Shown piece after piece: positions 28,992 through 37,220 of a stretch of 37,220 bases of DNA. Made by a program: the position numbers and the translations under genes. Position 1 is the stretch's first letter. Each line of letters starts with the position of its first letter. Below the pieces are notes generated by a model. The model ran no database searches. It was given only the letters and a program-made list of their open reading frames with translations, and was not told where the DNA came from. Location: the sequence record SRR20825006_415. One strand, given 5' to 3'.

Positions 28992-29016
28992 AACGCCCGG
29001 AACAGGTGAAAGTTCC
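28992..29016 (-). promoter_or_regulatory. EcfG/SigT (general stress response) promoter
   Basis: Minus strand GGAAC-TTTCACCTGTTCCGGG-CGTT, an exact GGAAC-N16-CGTT, 33 bp upstream of the yqaE-family ATG. Confidence 0.8.
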
Positions 29017-29169
29017 CTGCCTGGCGTTCCACAAATGATTTCGACTTTTCCCGAGATCGACGTTGACCCCGGTTCAGCTGCGGGTTTAGACACCCGCTGA
29101 GGGCGTTTCCATCAAGTATAGTAACGACCGCACCGGGTGAGGTGTGCGGCCGCGCGACGGGAGTCCGCT

Positions 29170-29814
29170 GTGTCGGCCATATTCACGCCTTCTGGCGAGA
29201 AGGAATTCTTTACACCCTTTGGCCCCATGATGGGCTATGTCCGCATACCGCCTGCGCTGGTCGCCCATCTGAACGCCTCTATGAGTGAACAGCTGGAAGA
29301 TCATTCGGGCAGCCTTGTGGGCAAGGTCCGGCAGGAACTCCGTTTTCCCAAATCCCTCGTGGACGCCACCGCCGCTGCGCTCGGCAACGCGCTGATCGAG
29401 TACCATATTCGCGCCAGCCGCCGTGGTTCATTCGGCGACTATGACCATACGACCAAGCGCTTTGAGCTGAACGTCATGGCCGGATGGTTCGTCCGCCAGT
29501 ATGCACATGAGTATAACCCGCTCCACATCCATACCGGATGCGCGCTCTCATGCGTCGGTTATCTGAAACTGCCGGACGGGATTGATCAGGAATGGGCCGA
29601 GGACGACCTCGACCATCATCCTTCTCACGGACATCTTCAGTTCGCGCACGGCACCGACACCCATTACTCGGTATCGAACTTCATGATCCGCCCACGCGTC
29701 GGGGATTTCTATATATTTCCATCCTACATGTTTCACAGTGTCTATCCGTTCAAGTCGCCGGGCGAGCGTCGCTCCTTCAGCATGAATCTCTCTGTCGTCG
29801 AATCACCGGCCTGA
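29170..29814 (+). CDS. Putative 2OG-Fe(II) oxygenase (2OG-FeII_Oxy_5-like)
   Basis: W...Q...[42 protein letters not shown] start after GGGAG. Confidence 0.8.
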   Translation: MSAIFTPSGEKEFFTPFGPMMGYVRIPPALVAHLNASMSEQLEDHSGSLVGKVRQELRFPKSLVDATAAALGNALIEYHIRASRRGSFGDYDHTTKRFELNVMAGWFVRQYAHEYNPLHIHTGCALSCVGYLKLPDGIDQEWAEDDLDHHPSHGHLQFAHGTDTHYSVSNFMIRPRVGDFYIFPSYMFHSVYPFKSPGERRSFSMNLSVVESPA

Positions 29815-29828
29815 GCCTTTCTGTCTGA

Positions 29829-29867
29829 TTGACGCGGCACAACCGCCCTCTATGTTGCGCCGCAACA
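29829..29867 (+). promoter_or_regulatory. Sigma70-type promoter overlapped by a PhaR-like palindrome
   Basis: TTGACG-N16-TATGTT; TGTTGCG-C-CGCAACA (29853-29867) covers the -10/+1 region. Confidence 0.55.
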
Positions 29868-29878
29868 AGGAGGAACGC

Positions 29879-30934
29879 ATGAGCACGAAAACACCAAGAG
29901 ACTTCTTCAAGCCCCTGGCCATCGGTGCGCCCGCCCCGATGCACGACCTGCCCATCAGGCTGGAGCGGATGATCCATTTTGTCCCGCCGCATCTGGCCAA
30001 GGTCCGGGCCAAGGTGCCGACCATGGCCGAAGGCGTGGATGTGATGCTCGCAAATCTTGAGGATGCCATCCCCGCTGACGCCAAGGATGCTGCTCGCGCC
30101 GGCGCTATCGAAATGGCGTCCATGTACGATTGGCAAGGCAAGGGAACGGGCTTCTGGAGCCGCGTGAACCCGCTGAACTCCCCGTGGTTTCAGGAAGATG
30201 TGAGTGAACTGGTTCTAAAAGCCGGTCATCAGCTGGACGTGATCATGCTGCCAAAGGTCGAAGGTCCATGGGACATCCATTTCGCCGATCAATATGTTGC
30301 ACAATTGGAGGCAAAGGCGGGTCTCACGCGGCCGATCCTGTTCCACGCCATTCTTGAAACGGCCCAGGGGATGGCACGCGTAGAAGAAATCGCACTGGCC
30401 AGTCCGCGCATGCAGGGTATCAGCTTGGGCCCGGCAGACCTGGCTGCGGACCGCAAGATGAAGACCACTCGCGTCGGGGGTGGCCATCCCTTCTACCGCG
30501 TAATCGACGATCCGAATGAAGATGGCAGCCCACGCGACTCAGCCCAGCAGGATCCTTGGCACTATACGATCGCCCGTATGGTTGATGCCTGCCGGATGGC
30601 AGGGATCAACGCCTTCTATGGTCCGTTTGGCGATATTGCCGATCTTGACGCCTGCGAACAGCAATTCCGCAATGCCTTCCTGCTGGGTTGCTCAGGCACG
30701 TGGAGCCTTCACCCGAACCAGATCGCCATCGCCAAAAAGGTCTTCAGCCCCGATCCAAATGAGGTGAAATTCGCGCGCAAGATCCTTGATGCCATGCCGG
30801 ATGGCTCTGGTGTGGCCATGATTGATGGCAAGATGCAGGACGATGCGACCTGGAAACAGGCCAAGGTGATTTCCGACCTGGCAGACCTCGTCGCTTCGAA
30901 AGATCCCGAGCTAGCCGCCGCATACGCGACCTGA
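29879..30934 (+). CDS. mcl: Malyl-CoA/beta-methylmalyl-CoA(/citramalyl-CoA) lyase, CitE family
   Basis: [75 protein letters not shown]. Confidence 0.88.
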   Translation: MSTKTPRDFFKPLAIGAPAPMHDLPIRLERMIHFVPPHLAKVRAKVPTMAEGVDVMLANLEDAIPADAKDAARAGAIEMASMYDWQGKGTGFWSRVNPLNSPWFQEDVSELVLKAGHQLDVIMLPKVEGPWDIHFADQYVAQLEAKAGLTRPILFHAILETAQGMARVEEIALASPRMQGISLGPADLAADRKMKTTRVGGGHPFYRVIDDPNEDGSPRDSAQQDPWHYTIARMVDACRMAGINAFYGPFGDIADLDACEQQFRNAFLLGCSGTWSLHPNQIAIAKKVFSPDPNEVKFARKILDAMPDGSGVAMIDGKMQDDATWKQAKVISDLADLVASKDPELAAAYAT

Positions 30935-30994
30935 TCCCTCTTCACGCCGAGCATTTGCGTGATAGGGTTTCCCTTGGAAGAGGGAGTATCAGTG

Positions 30995-31423
30995 ATGCGG
31001 AAACCCATTACGGCCTTGCTGGGTCTGAGCTTGATCGGCCTGTCTGCTATCGCAGATGAAGTCTGGTCCACACCGATTGGTGACGTCGTCTACGAGGATG
31101 AGACCGATGACGGCTGGGCCGTCTGGTCTTATCCGGGCCTGACCGAGCGCGGCACCGTCTACATCAAGGATCTGGCAGGCGTCTATGAGGGCCGAACCGC
31201 CTATGCCGGCATATGGATTGAGGCGGAAAGTCCGGGGATCGAGCTCTGTGATGTTGCCGTCACCGATCCGGCAACGGGGGAATCCCACTATAATTGGGGC
31301 CGCGTGGACATCGTGTTCACGGAGCCAGACTTTCCTGGCGGCTGGGTCGCACTTCGCGGGAGCTGTTTCAATGATCCGGGCGATTACCTGATCGGAAAAC
31401 CGGTCACCGCAATACAAGAATAA
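30995..31423 (+). CDS. Secreted acidic hypothetical protein
   Basis: SD GAGGGAG; signal peptide MRKPITALLGLSLIGLSAIA/D; beta-rich, Trp-rich, two Cys. Confidence 0.75.
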   Translation: MRKPITALLGLSLIGLSAIADEVWSTPIGDVVYEDETDDGWAVWSYPGLTERGTVYIKDLAGVYEGRTAYAGIWIEAESPGIELCDVAVTDPATGESHYNWGRVDIVFTEPDFPGGWVALRGSCFNDPGDYLIGKPVTAIQE

Positions 31424-31438
31424 TCGAGAGGAAATCCG

Positions 31439-31867
31439 ATGGCTGAACACCTTATCGCCATGACGGGTCATAGCCCAAACCTGCAACGCTGGTTTGATTG
31501 GATGAATGGTGACCATTCACCTGCTGGTCTGTCTGTCCAACTCGCTGACAATGTGGTCTTCAAGAGTCCGGTTGTGCATACACCGCAGGAGGGCAAGCCA
31601 ATCACGATGGCCTACTTGACCGCTGCCGGACAAACGCTGGGCGGCGACACGTTCCGCTACACACGCGTATTCGATTGCGGCGACAAGGCGGTCCTTGAGT
31701 TTGAATGCGAAATGGATGGCGTGCTAGTGAATGGAGTCGATATGATCGCCTGGAACCCTGACGGACAGATTGAAGACTTCAAAGTTATGGTTCGACCACT
31801 GAAGGGCATGCAAGCCGTACATGCGGCCATGGGGGCCATGCTGGAAAAGATGAAGCTAAAGGCCTGA
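31439..31867 (+). CDS. NTF2/SnoaL-like family protein
   Basis: LADNVVFKSPVVHTPQEGK, AVLEF, NGVDMI, FKVMVRPLK. Confidence 0.9.
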   Translation: MAEHLIAMTGHSPNLQRWFDWMNGDHSPAGLSVQLADNVVFKSPVVHTPQEGKPITMAYLTAAGQTLGGDTFRYTRVFDCGDKAVLEFECEMDGVLVNGVDMIAWNPDGQIEDFKVMVRPLKGMQAVHAAMGAMLEKMKLKA

Positions 31868-31880
31868 GGCGGCAACTGTC

Positions 31881-32405
31881 ATGACCCTGCCTGTCATCAT
31901 CACCGATCGATTGGTACTCTGTCCCCACGAGACCCGTCACTTCGAGCCATCTGCAGCCATGTGGGGGTCTCCATCAGTGACCCAACATATAGGCGGAACT
32001 CCGCGATCACGTCAGGAAGCCTGGTTTACCATCTGCCGCAATCGCGGAATGTGGGACCTGCTGGGGTATAGCTCCTGGGCAATCGAGGATCGTGAGACAG
32101 GCGCATTCATCGGTGAAGGCGGATTCGCAGACTTTATGCGTGGCATGACGCCGGACTTGTCTGAATGGCCAGAAGCCGGCTGGGTCTTTGCGGAAGTCGC
32201 TTGGGGAAAGGGTTACGCCAGCGAAGCCGTTGGCGCGATGCATGATTGGCTCGATGAGAACCGCCCGGGGCAAAGCGTCTGTATCATTGATCCGGACAAT
32301 GCCGGGTCCCAACGAGTCGCTGACAAATGCGGCTATGAGTTTTGGCAGCAGGCGGAATACAAGGGCGCAATCGTCAATGTGTACCGTCGCAATCCTGCGC
32401 GTTAG
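31881..32405 (+). CDS. GNAT family N-acetyltransferase (RimJ/RimL-like)
   Basis: TDRLVL, PEAGW, WGKGYASEA, IDPDNAGSQRVADKCG. Confidence 0.9.
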   Translation: MTLPVIITDRLVLCPHETRHFEPSAAMWGSPSVTQHIGGTPRSRQEAWFTICRNRGMWDLLGYSSWAIEDRETGAFIGEGGFADFMRGMTPDLSEWPEAGWVFAEVAWGKGYASEAVGAMHDWLDENRPGQSVCIIDPDNAGSQRVADKCGYEFWQQAEYKGAIVNVYRRNPAR

Positions 32406-34180
32406 CCGACCTTAAGGCGCGATGCCTCACTCTTGCTACTCCAGCCCCGAATGAAATCCATGAAGGCCTCATGTGGCAGACCTGCGCTGTACAGAAAACC
32501 TTGGGCCATCGAGCAGCCGCGCCGACGCAGGAAGTCTGCCTGACGCTCAGTTTCAACACCTTCCGCAACCGTATTCAGCCCTAGCGTTTCGGCCATGGCC
32601 AGAATCATTTCAATGATCGCGGGAGCTTGCTCGTCCGATTCAAGCGCAGAGACGAACTGGCGGTCGATCTTGAAAACGTCAAACGGCAGCTGAGTCAGAA
32701 TGGACAAGTTGGAATGCCCAGTTCCAAAATCATCAATCGCCAGTTTTGTCCCAAGGCTCCGTAGAGGGCGCATCACCCGCGCAACCTTTTCAGGTTCGGA
32801 CACGGCCATGCTTTCCGTGATCTCAAGCTCCAAGCGGTTCGGTGGCAGGCCAGTACGCTTGAGGATCGCCAGAACGGTTTCTGTCAGATCACTGGACTGA
32901 AACTGGCGCGGTGACACGTTTACCGCGACCGTTGCGTTGAAGCCTTCCTGCATCCAGATGCGGGCGGATTCGCAAGCCGCTTCAAGAACCTGTTCCCCGA
33001 TCTGGGTCACGAGTCCGGTTTCTTCTGCCAGCGGAATAAATGTGTTCGGAGATATGATCTTCCCGTTCGGTCGGACCCAACGAGCCAATGCCTCGGCACC
33101 GACGACCTGGCCGGTTTGAAAATCGATCTTGGGCTGGAAATGCGTCTTGAACTCACGATTGGCGACTGCGTCGCGCAGTTCAGCTTCCAGCATATACTTG
33201 CCACGCGCAACACGGTTCAGGCGTGGTGAGAAGTAACGGAAGCCGGATCCGGTGTCGGTACGAACCTGGCGCAAGGCAAGCTCTGCGTGACGGAACAATT
33301 TGTGCATCGTATCGGCGTCTTCGGGCGCGATGACGATACCGCCAGAAATGCCTAGCGTTACAGACTGTCCGGACACGATGAAAGGATCCGCAAAGGCGAG
33401 CCGAATAGCGCGTGCAATGTTCGAGACGTAGTCGCGGCTGACCGCGCTTGGCAGGTACAAGGCGAAACTGTCGGCCTGCATCGCGGCCAGCATGGAGTTG
33501 TTCAGCCCCGCGCGAACCGGACCCTCGAGCGAATCGAGCGCATTCGTCATACGCTGTCCACACGCCTTCAGGACGGCTTCGCTCGCAAGCGCACCAAGTC
33601 GCTCGGAAGCCCGCGTGAAATTATCGAGATCAAGGACGATGAGCGCGGCGGGCGTTTCGTATTTTGCGCGGGGCAGGGTCTTGGTTATGTGTTCTTCCAG
33701 CGCAATCAGGTTTGGCATGCTCGTGCGCGGATCTTCGTAGGCCGTGCGTCGAAGCGCATCATTGTCGCGCCGCAACTTGCCGACCGATCGGATGACAACC
33801 GACCGCAACCGGCGGAGCTCGACAAACGAAACATTGGACAAGCGCGCCGACGGATCAACCTGCGCCACTTCAAGATATCGTGTGAAATCAACCAGGACGT
33901 TCTGGAATTCCCGGGCAAAAAACCAGGCTGTAATGGCGGCCACGACCGATGAAGACAGCAGCAACAGCATGATCGCCCAGATCGGCAAAGACATGTCTGT
34001 CCATGCTTTACCTTCGATGAGCGCACCATAGGCCTGCTCAATCGTCCATACGCCGACAAAAATGATAATCGTTGCGACCGCTGCGCACCACGCGGCAAAC
34101 CGGGGAATGGTCATCCGGCCCAGAAGTCTCGAGATGAAACTCTGTTTGTCCACGCTTAGATATTCCTCACCACTCGCCAC
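32402..34180 (-). CDS. Membrane-anchored GGDEF(degenerate)-EAL c-di-GMP phosphodiesterase
   Basis: Two N-terminal TMs; GGDEF position reads QADSF; EAL domain intact (AEAL, VNVS, ELEITES, IDDFGTG, KID, AEGVE, QGF); alternative GTG start at 34153. Confidence 0.92.
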   Translation of the reverse strand: MASGEEYLSVDKQSFISRLLGRMTIPRFAAWCAAVATIIIFVGVWTIEQAYGALIEGKAWTDMSLPIWAIMLLLLSSSVVAAITAWFFAREFQNVLVDFTRYLEVAQVDPSARLSNVSFVELRRLRSVVIRSVGKLRRDNDALRRTAYEDPRTSMPNLIALEEHITKTLPRAKYETPAALIVLDLDNFTRASERLGALASEAVLKACGQRMTNALDSLEGPVRAGLNNSMLAAMQADSFALYLPSAVSRDYVSNIARAIRLAFADPFIVSGQSVTLGISGGIVIAPEDADTMHKLFRHAELALRQVRTDTGSGFRYFSPRLNRVARGKYMLEAELRDAVANREFKTHFQPKIDFQTGQVVGAEALARWVRPNGKIISPNTFIPLAEETGLVTQIGEQVLEAACESARIWMQEGFNATVAVNVSPRQFQSSDLTETVLAILKRTGLPPNRLELEITESMAVSEPEKVARVMRPLRSLGTKLAIDDFGTGHSNLSILTQLPFDVFKIDRQFVSALESDEQAPAIIEMILAMAETLGLNTVAEGVETERQADFLRRRGCSMAQGFLYSAGLPHEAFMDFIRGWSSKSEASRLKVG

Positions 34181-34276
34181 CTATGTGTGCGGTAACTATG
34201 TTTTCCGGAATATGTTTAGGAATCAGTGAACAAAACGCGCTAGCTGTAAGACATTCAAACCACTATATGGGCCTAG

Positions 34277-34873
34277 ATGACCAATAATCGTACCGCCACC
34301 GTTACCCGTACCACCAAGGAAACCGATATCTCGGTGACCGTTGATCTGGATGGCACTGGAAAGTCCGACATCGAAACCGGGATCGGCTTTTTCGATCATA
34401 TGCTGGAGAGCTTCTCCAAGCATTCGGCTATCGACCTGACTGTAGGGTGCAAGGGCGATCTTCATATCGATATGCACCACAGCGTTGAAGATACAGGAAT
34501 TGTTATCGGACAGGCGATCATGAAGGCGCTTGGCGACTTTGCAGGTATCACGCGATTTGGCCACGCCTATGTGCCGATGGATGAGACGCTGTCCCGCGCC
34601 GCGCTGGACCTATGCAAGCGGCCTTACCTGATCTGGAAAGTGGATTTCAGTCGCGACAAGATCGGCGAAATGGACACCGAACTCTTCAAGGAGTTCTTTC
34701 ATGCCCTGGCCGGAAATGGTGGCATGTGCCTGCACATAGAGAACCTCTATGGCGAGAACTGCCACCACATCGCCGAGTCCTGCTTCAAGGCCACCGCCCG
34801 GGCGCTTCGCGCGGCAATTGCGGTCGACCCGAAACTGGGCGGCAAGCCGGCGAGCACCAAGGGTAGCCTCTAA
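34277..34873 (+). CDS. hisB: Imidazoleglycerol-phosphate dehydratase
   Basis: [42 protein letters not shown]. Confidence 0.98.
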   Translation: MTNNRTATVTRTTKETDISVTVDLDGTGKSDIETGIGFFDHMLESFSKHSAIDLTVGCKGDLHIDMHHSVEDTGIVIGQAIMKALGDFAGITRFGHAYVPMDETLSRAALDLCKRPYLIWKVDFSRDKIGEMDTELFKEFFHALAGNGGMCLHIENLYGENCHHIAESCFKATARALRAAIAVDPKLGGKPASTKGSL

Positions 34874-34879
34874 GGGGTC

Positions 34880-36316
34880 TTATTTCCGATAATCAAGCGG
34901 CGGCTCACGGTCACCGAGCAGCGACTTGTACTCATAATCCGGACCCCGGGCCGCGTCGAATTCCTCGCGGGCTTCAACACGCAGGCCTTTATTGGTGAAC
35001 AGCTCCACTGCCGCCAGCGTCAGCGTCTCCGCGGCGACCTGTGTGCCCTTATGACCAATCGACGTGCCACTGGCCGCAACTGCCTGCCAGGAATGCGCCG
35101 ATGTGCCCGGCACCCAAGTCGCTGTGCGCAGGCCGACCGTCGGGACCGCGTAGGAGACATCGCCGACATCCGTCGAGCCGTACCCCATGGAGACTTCGAA
35201 ATCCTGCACTTCAGCGGCTGAGGCGATATCGCGTGCCGAGTTGTCAAAGGTCGAGGCGATGGTCTCGGCAAATTCGCGCTCAGCTGGCGTGTAGTCCACC
35301 CCGCCAACCAGCCGGAGTTTCTCGTCCATCATGCGGGCCAGTTTCTCATTCACGAGCAGCGGATTGTTGCCGTGAATGATTTCCCATTCCACGTCAGTGC
35401 CCGTGCCCAGCGCGGCGCCCCGGGCCGCGTCTTCGAGGCGGGTCCAGATGGCTTCAACGCCCTTCGGTGAAGGGTGGCGGACATAGTAGAAGACTTCGGC
35501 AAAGTCCGGCACGACATTGGGGGCAGAGCCACCGGACGTGATGACATAGTGCATGCGCGCATCCTGGGGGATGTGTTCGTGCATCATGTTGGCCATCATG
35601 TTCATCGCCTCGACGCCATCAAGCGCGGAACGCCCCCGCTCCGGCGCGCCAGCGGCGTGAGCGGAAATCCCGGAGAAGCGGAATTTCGCCGACCGGTTGG
35701 CAAGCGACGTGTTGGCTGCCGCTGAGTTCCGGTCGCCAGGATGCCAGTGCATGGCAATGTCGACATCGTTGAAGAGGCCCGCGCGGACCATGTAGACCTT
35801 GCCAGAGCCCCCCTCTTCTGCGGGCGTCCCATAAACGCGGATGCGACCCGGCGTGCCGGTGTCTTCCAGCCAGTGGCGGATCGCGACCGCCGCAGAGACA
35901 GAGCCCGCGCCGAACAGGTTGTGGCCACAGGCGTGGCCTGCGCCCTTGCCGTCGACTTCTTCGCGATCCGGTGAGGCCGCCTGGTTGATACCCGGCAGGG
36001 CGTCCATTTCCGCGAGCAGGGCGATGACCGGGCCATCAGAGCCGTACTCGGCCATGAAGGCGGTGGGGATGCCAGCGACGCCGGGCGTGACCGTGAAGCC
36101 TTCATCCGCGAGCGTCTGCTGGAGCAGGGCGGAGGATTTCTCTTCCTGATACCCGACCTCGGCCCATTCCCAGAGCTTGCTCGACAATTCGCTGGTCAGC
36201 TCCGCCTGATTGCGCGCCTCTTCCAGCGCAGCAGACTCGGCTGCATCGGGCCAGGCGGGGGTGGCGGCGCAGGCCATGAGCAGGCAGGCGGACAGGGCGG
36301 GCAGGATGGATCGCAT
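34880..36316 (-). CDS. M20 family amidohydrolase (AbgB-like) with lipoprotein signal
   Basis: MRSILPALSACLLMA/C lipobox; EMDALP, GHACGHN, GTPAEEGG.GK, HWHP, GSTDVGDVS, AHSWQ; SD GGAG. Confidence 0.9.
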   Translation of the reverse strand: MRSILPALSACLLMACAATPAWPDAAESAALEEARNQAELTSELSSKLWEWAEVGYQEEKSSALLQQTLADEGFTVTPGVAGIPTAFMAEYGSDGPVIALLAEMDALPGINQAASPDREEVDGKGAGHACGHNLFGAGSVSAAVAIRHWLEDTGTPGRIRVYGTPAEEGGSGKVYMVRAGLFNDVDIAMHWHPGDRNSAAANTSLANRSAKFRFSGISAHAAGAPERGRSALDGVEAMNMMANMMHEHIPQDARMHYVITSGGSAPNVVPDFAEVFYYVRHPSPKGVEAIWTRLEDAARGAALGTGTDVEWEIIHGNNPLLVNEKLARMMDEKLRLVGGVDYTPAEREFAETIASTFDNSARDIASAAEVQDFEVSMGYGSTDVGDVSYAVPTVGLRTATWVPGTSAHSWQAVAASGTSIGHKGTQVAAETLTLAAVELFTNKGLRVEAREEFDAARGPDYEYKSLLGDREPPLDYRK

Positions 36317-36427
36317 GGGCAGGCTCCGTGTGAGGTCGTTTCCTGTCGAGATTGCGGCACCTTGCCCCTGGGCGCAAGGGAGGCTTGCCCCTTCCCTCAC
36401 GGGCGCGGCGAGGCTAAGAGCGCGGCC

Positions 36428-37075
36428 ATGAGCCTTGTTGCCCTTATCGACTACGGATCCGGAAACCTGCACTCGGCAGGCCGCGCCCTGCGCGAAGCCG
36501 CGCGCCTGTCCGGCAGCGGGCATGAGATCCGCATCACGAACCGCACCGAAGACATCCTCGCCGCCGAGCGGGTTGTGTTGCCGGGCGTGGGGCACTTTGC
36601 CGATTGCGCAGCGGGCCTGCGGGCGCAGGCGGGCGTGGTCGAGGCGCTGGAAGCCGCCTGCCTGAATGGCAACACCCCCTTCCTCGGCATCTGTGTCGGC
36701 ATGCAGCTGATGGCGGAGACGGGCCGCGAGGATGGCGCGACGCCGGGGCTTGGATGGATCGGCGGCGAGGTCTCGCGCATCCAGCCGGGCGAGGGCTTTC
36801 GCGTGCCGCATATGGGCTGGAACGGGCTCAGCTTTTCCGGCGCGCCGCACGCCGTCCTGGCGGGTCTCGGGCCAGAGCCGCATGTCTATTTCACGCATTC
36901 CTATGCATTCAGCGTGACCGACCCGGCAGATGTGGCCGCCACCGCCAGCTATGGCGCGCAGGCGATCACGGCAGCAGTGGCGCGGGACAATCTGTTCGGC
37001 ACGCAGTTCCACCCCGAGAAATCGCAAGGCGTGGGCCTGCGCATCCTTTCCAATTTCCTGACATGGACCCCATGA
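36428..37075 (+). CDS. hisH: Imidazole glycerol phosphate synthase glutaminase subunit
   Basis: IDYGSGNL, LPGVG, LGICVGMQ, VPHMGWN, QFHPEKS. Confidence 0.97.
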   Translation: MSLVALIDYGSGNLHSAGRALREAARLSGSGHEIRITNRTEDILAAERVVLPGVGHFADCAAGLRAQAGVVEALEAACLNGNTPFLGICVGMQLMAETGREDGATPGLGWIGGEVSRIQPGEGFRVPHMGWNGLSFSGAPHAVLAGLGPEPHVYFTHSYAFSVTDPADVAATASYGAQAITAAVARDNLFGTQFHPEKSQGVGLRILSNFLTWTP

Positions 37076-37079
37076 CCCG

Positions 37080-37152
37080 GCTCACCCTGAGCAAAGTCGA
37101 AGGGCGAGCCGCTCCCAGCCCGCGCGCTCCTTCGACTTCGCTCAGGATGAGC
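37080..37152. repeat. REP-like palindromic element (24-bp arms, 25-bp spacer)
   Basis: GCTCACCCTGAGCAAAGTCGAAGG...CCTTCGACTTCGCTCAGGATGAGC, 22/24 complementary. Confidence 0.8.
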
Positions 37153-37166
37153 GCTAAGGAGACAAT

Positions 37167-37220
37167 ATGAGCTTTACCCTCTATCCCGCGATCGACCTGA
37201 AAGACGGCCAGTGCGTGCGC
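37167..37220 (+). CDS. hisA: ProFAR isomerase, 5' fragment (runs off the window)
   Basis: SD AAGGAG; MSFTLYPAIDLKDGQCVR is the HisA N-terminal signature; follows hisH. Confidence 0.93.
   Translation, partial: MSFTLYPAIDLKDGQCVR

Noticed and set aside
29095..29169. Known riboswitch in the oxygenase leader
   Set aside because: Hairpins are present, but I could not recognise conserved motifs of TPP, cobalamin, SAM, glycine or FMN riboswitches
36317..37027. 715-aa version of the amidohydrolase ORF overlapping hisH
   Set aside because: The first 237 codons are the antisense shadow of hisH plus the intergenic region; an SD and lipoprotein signal mark the start at 36316
1..37220. CRISPR array, IS element, defence or toxin-antitoxin system
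   Set aside because: No regularly spaced direct repeats, transposase, nuclease, methylase or TA-like ORFs were recognised

Overview
Gene-dense chromosomal window from a GC-rich alphaproteobacterium. Gene content and order suggest Caulobacterales/Hyphomonadaceae, which is an inference. Most of it is core metabolism: phaR/phaB, a lipid-handling cluster (SCP2, lysophospholipase-like hydrolase, acyl-CoA ligase, MDR oxidoreductase, carboxyltransferase), gltD-gltB, uppP, an NDUFA9-like protein, glpD, a J-domain protein, bolA, a HlyC/CorC protein, aroK-aroB, xerD, a malyl-CoA lyase, a GGDEF-EAL protein and hisB/hisH/hisA(start). I saw no prophage, transposase, CRISPR array, tRNA or rRNA, and no clear-cut new multi-gene system. 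The best leads are smaller. (1) TGC-N3-GCA-ACA palindromes lie in both the phaR/phaB intergenic region and the promoter of a Chloroflexus-type malyl-CoA lyase, suggesting a shared PhaR regulon. (2) A REP-like palindrome between hisH and hisA is read through by a 32-codon ORF with ATGA overlaps at both ends. (3) An antisense lipoprotein amidohydrolase splits the his genes, and GC rises from about 34.56 kb. (4) EcfG/SigT-type promoters precede yqaE and an orphan secreted protein. (5) A 44-aa membrane microprotein missed by the ORF track heads the envelope-protein/DUF3604/xerD run.
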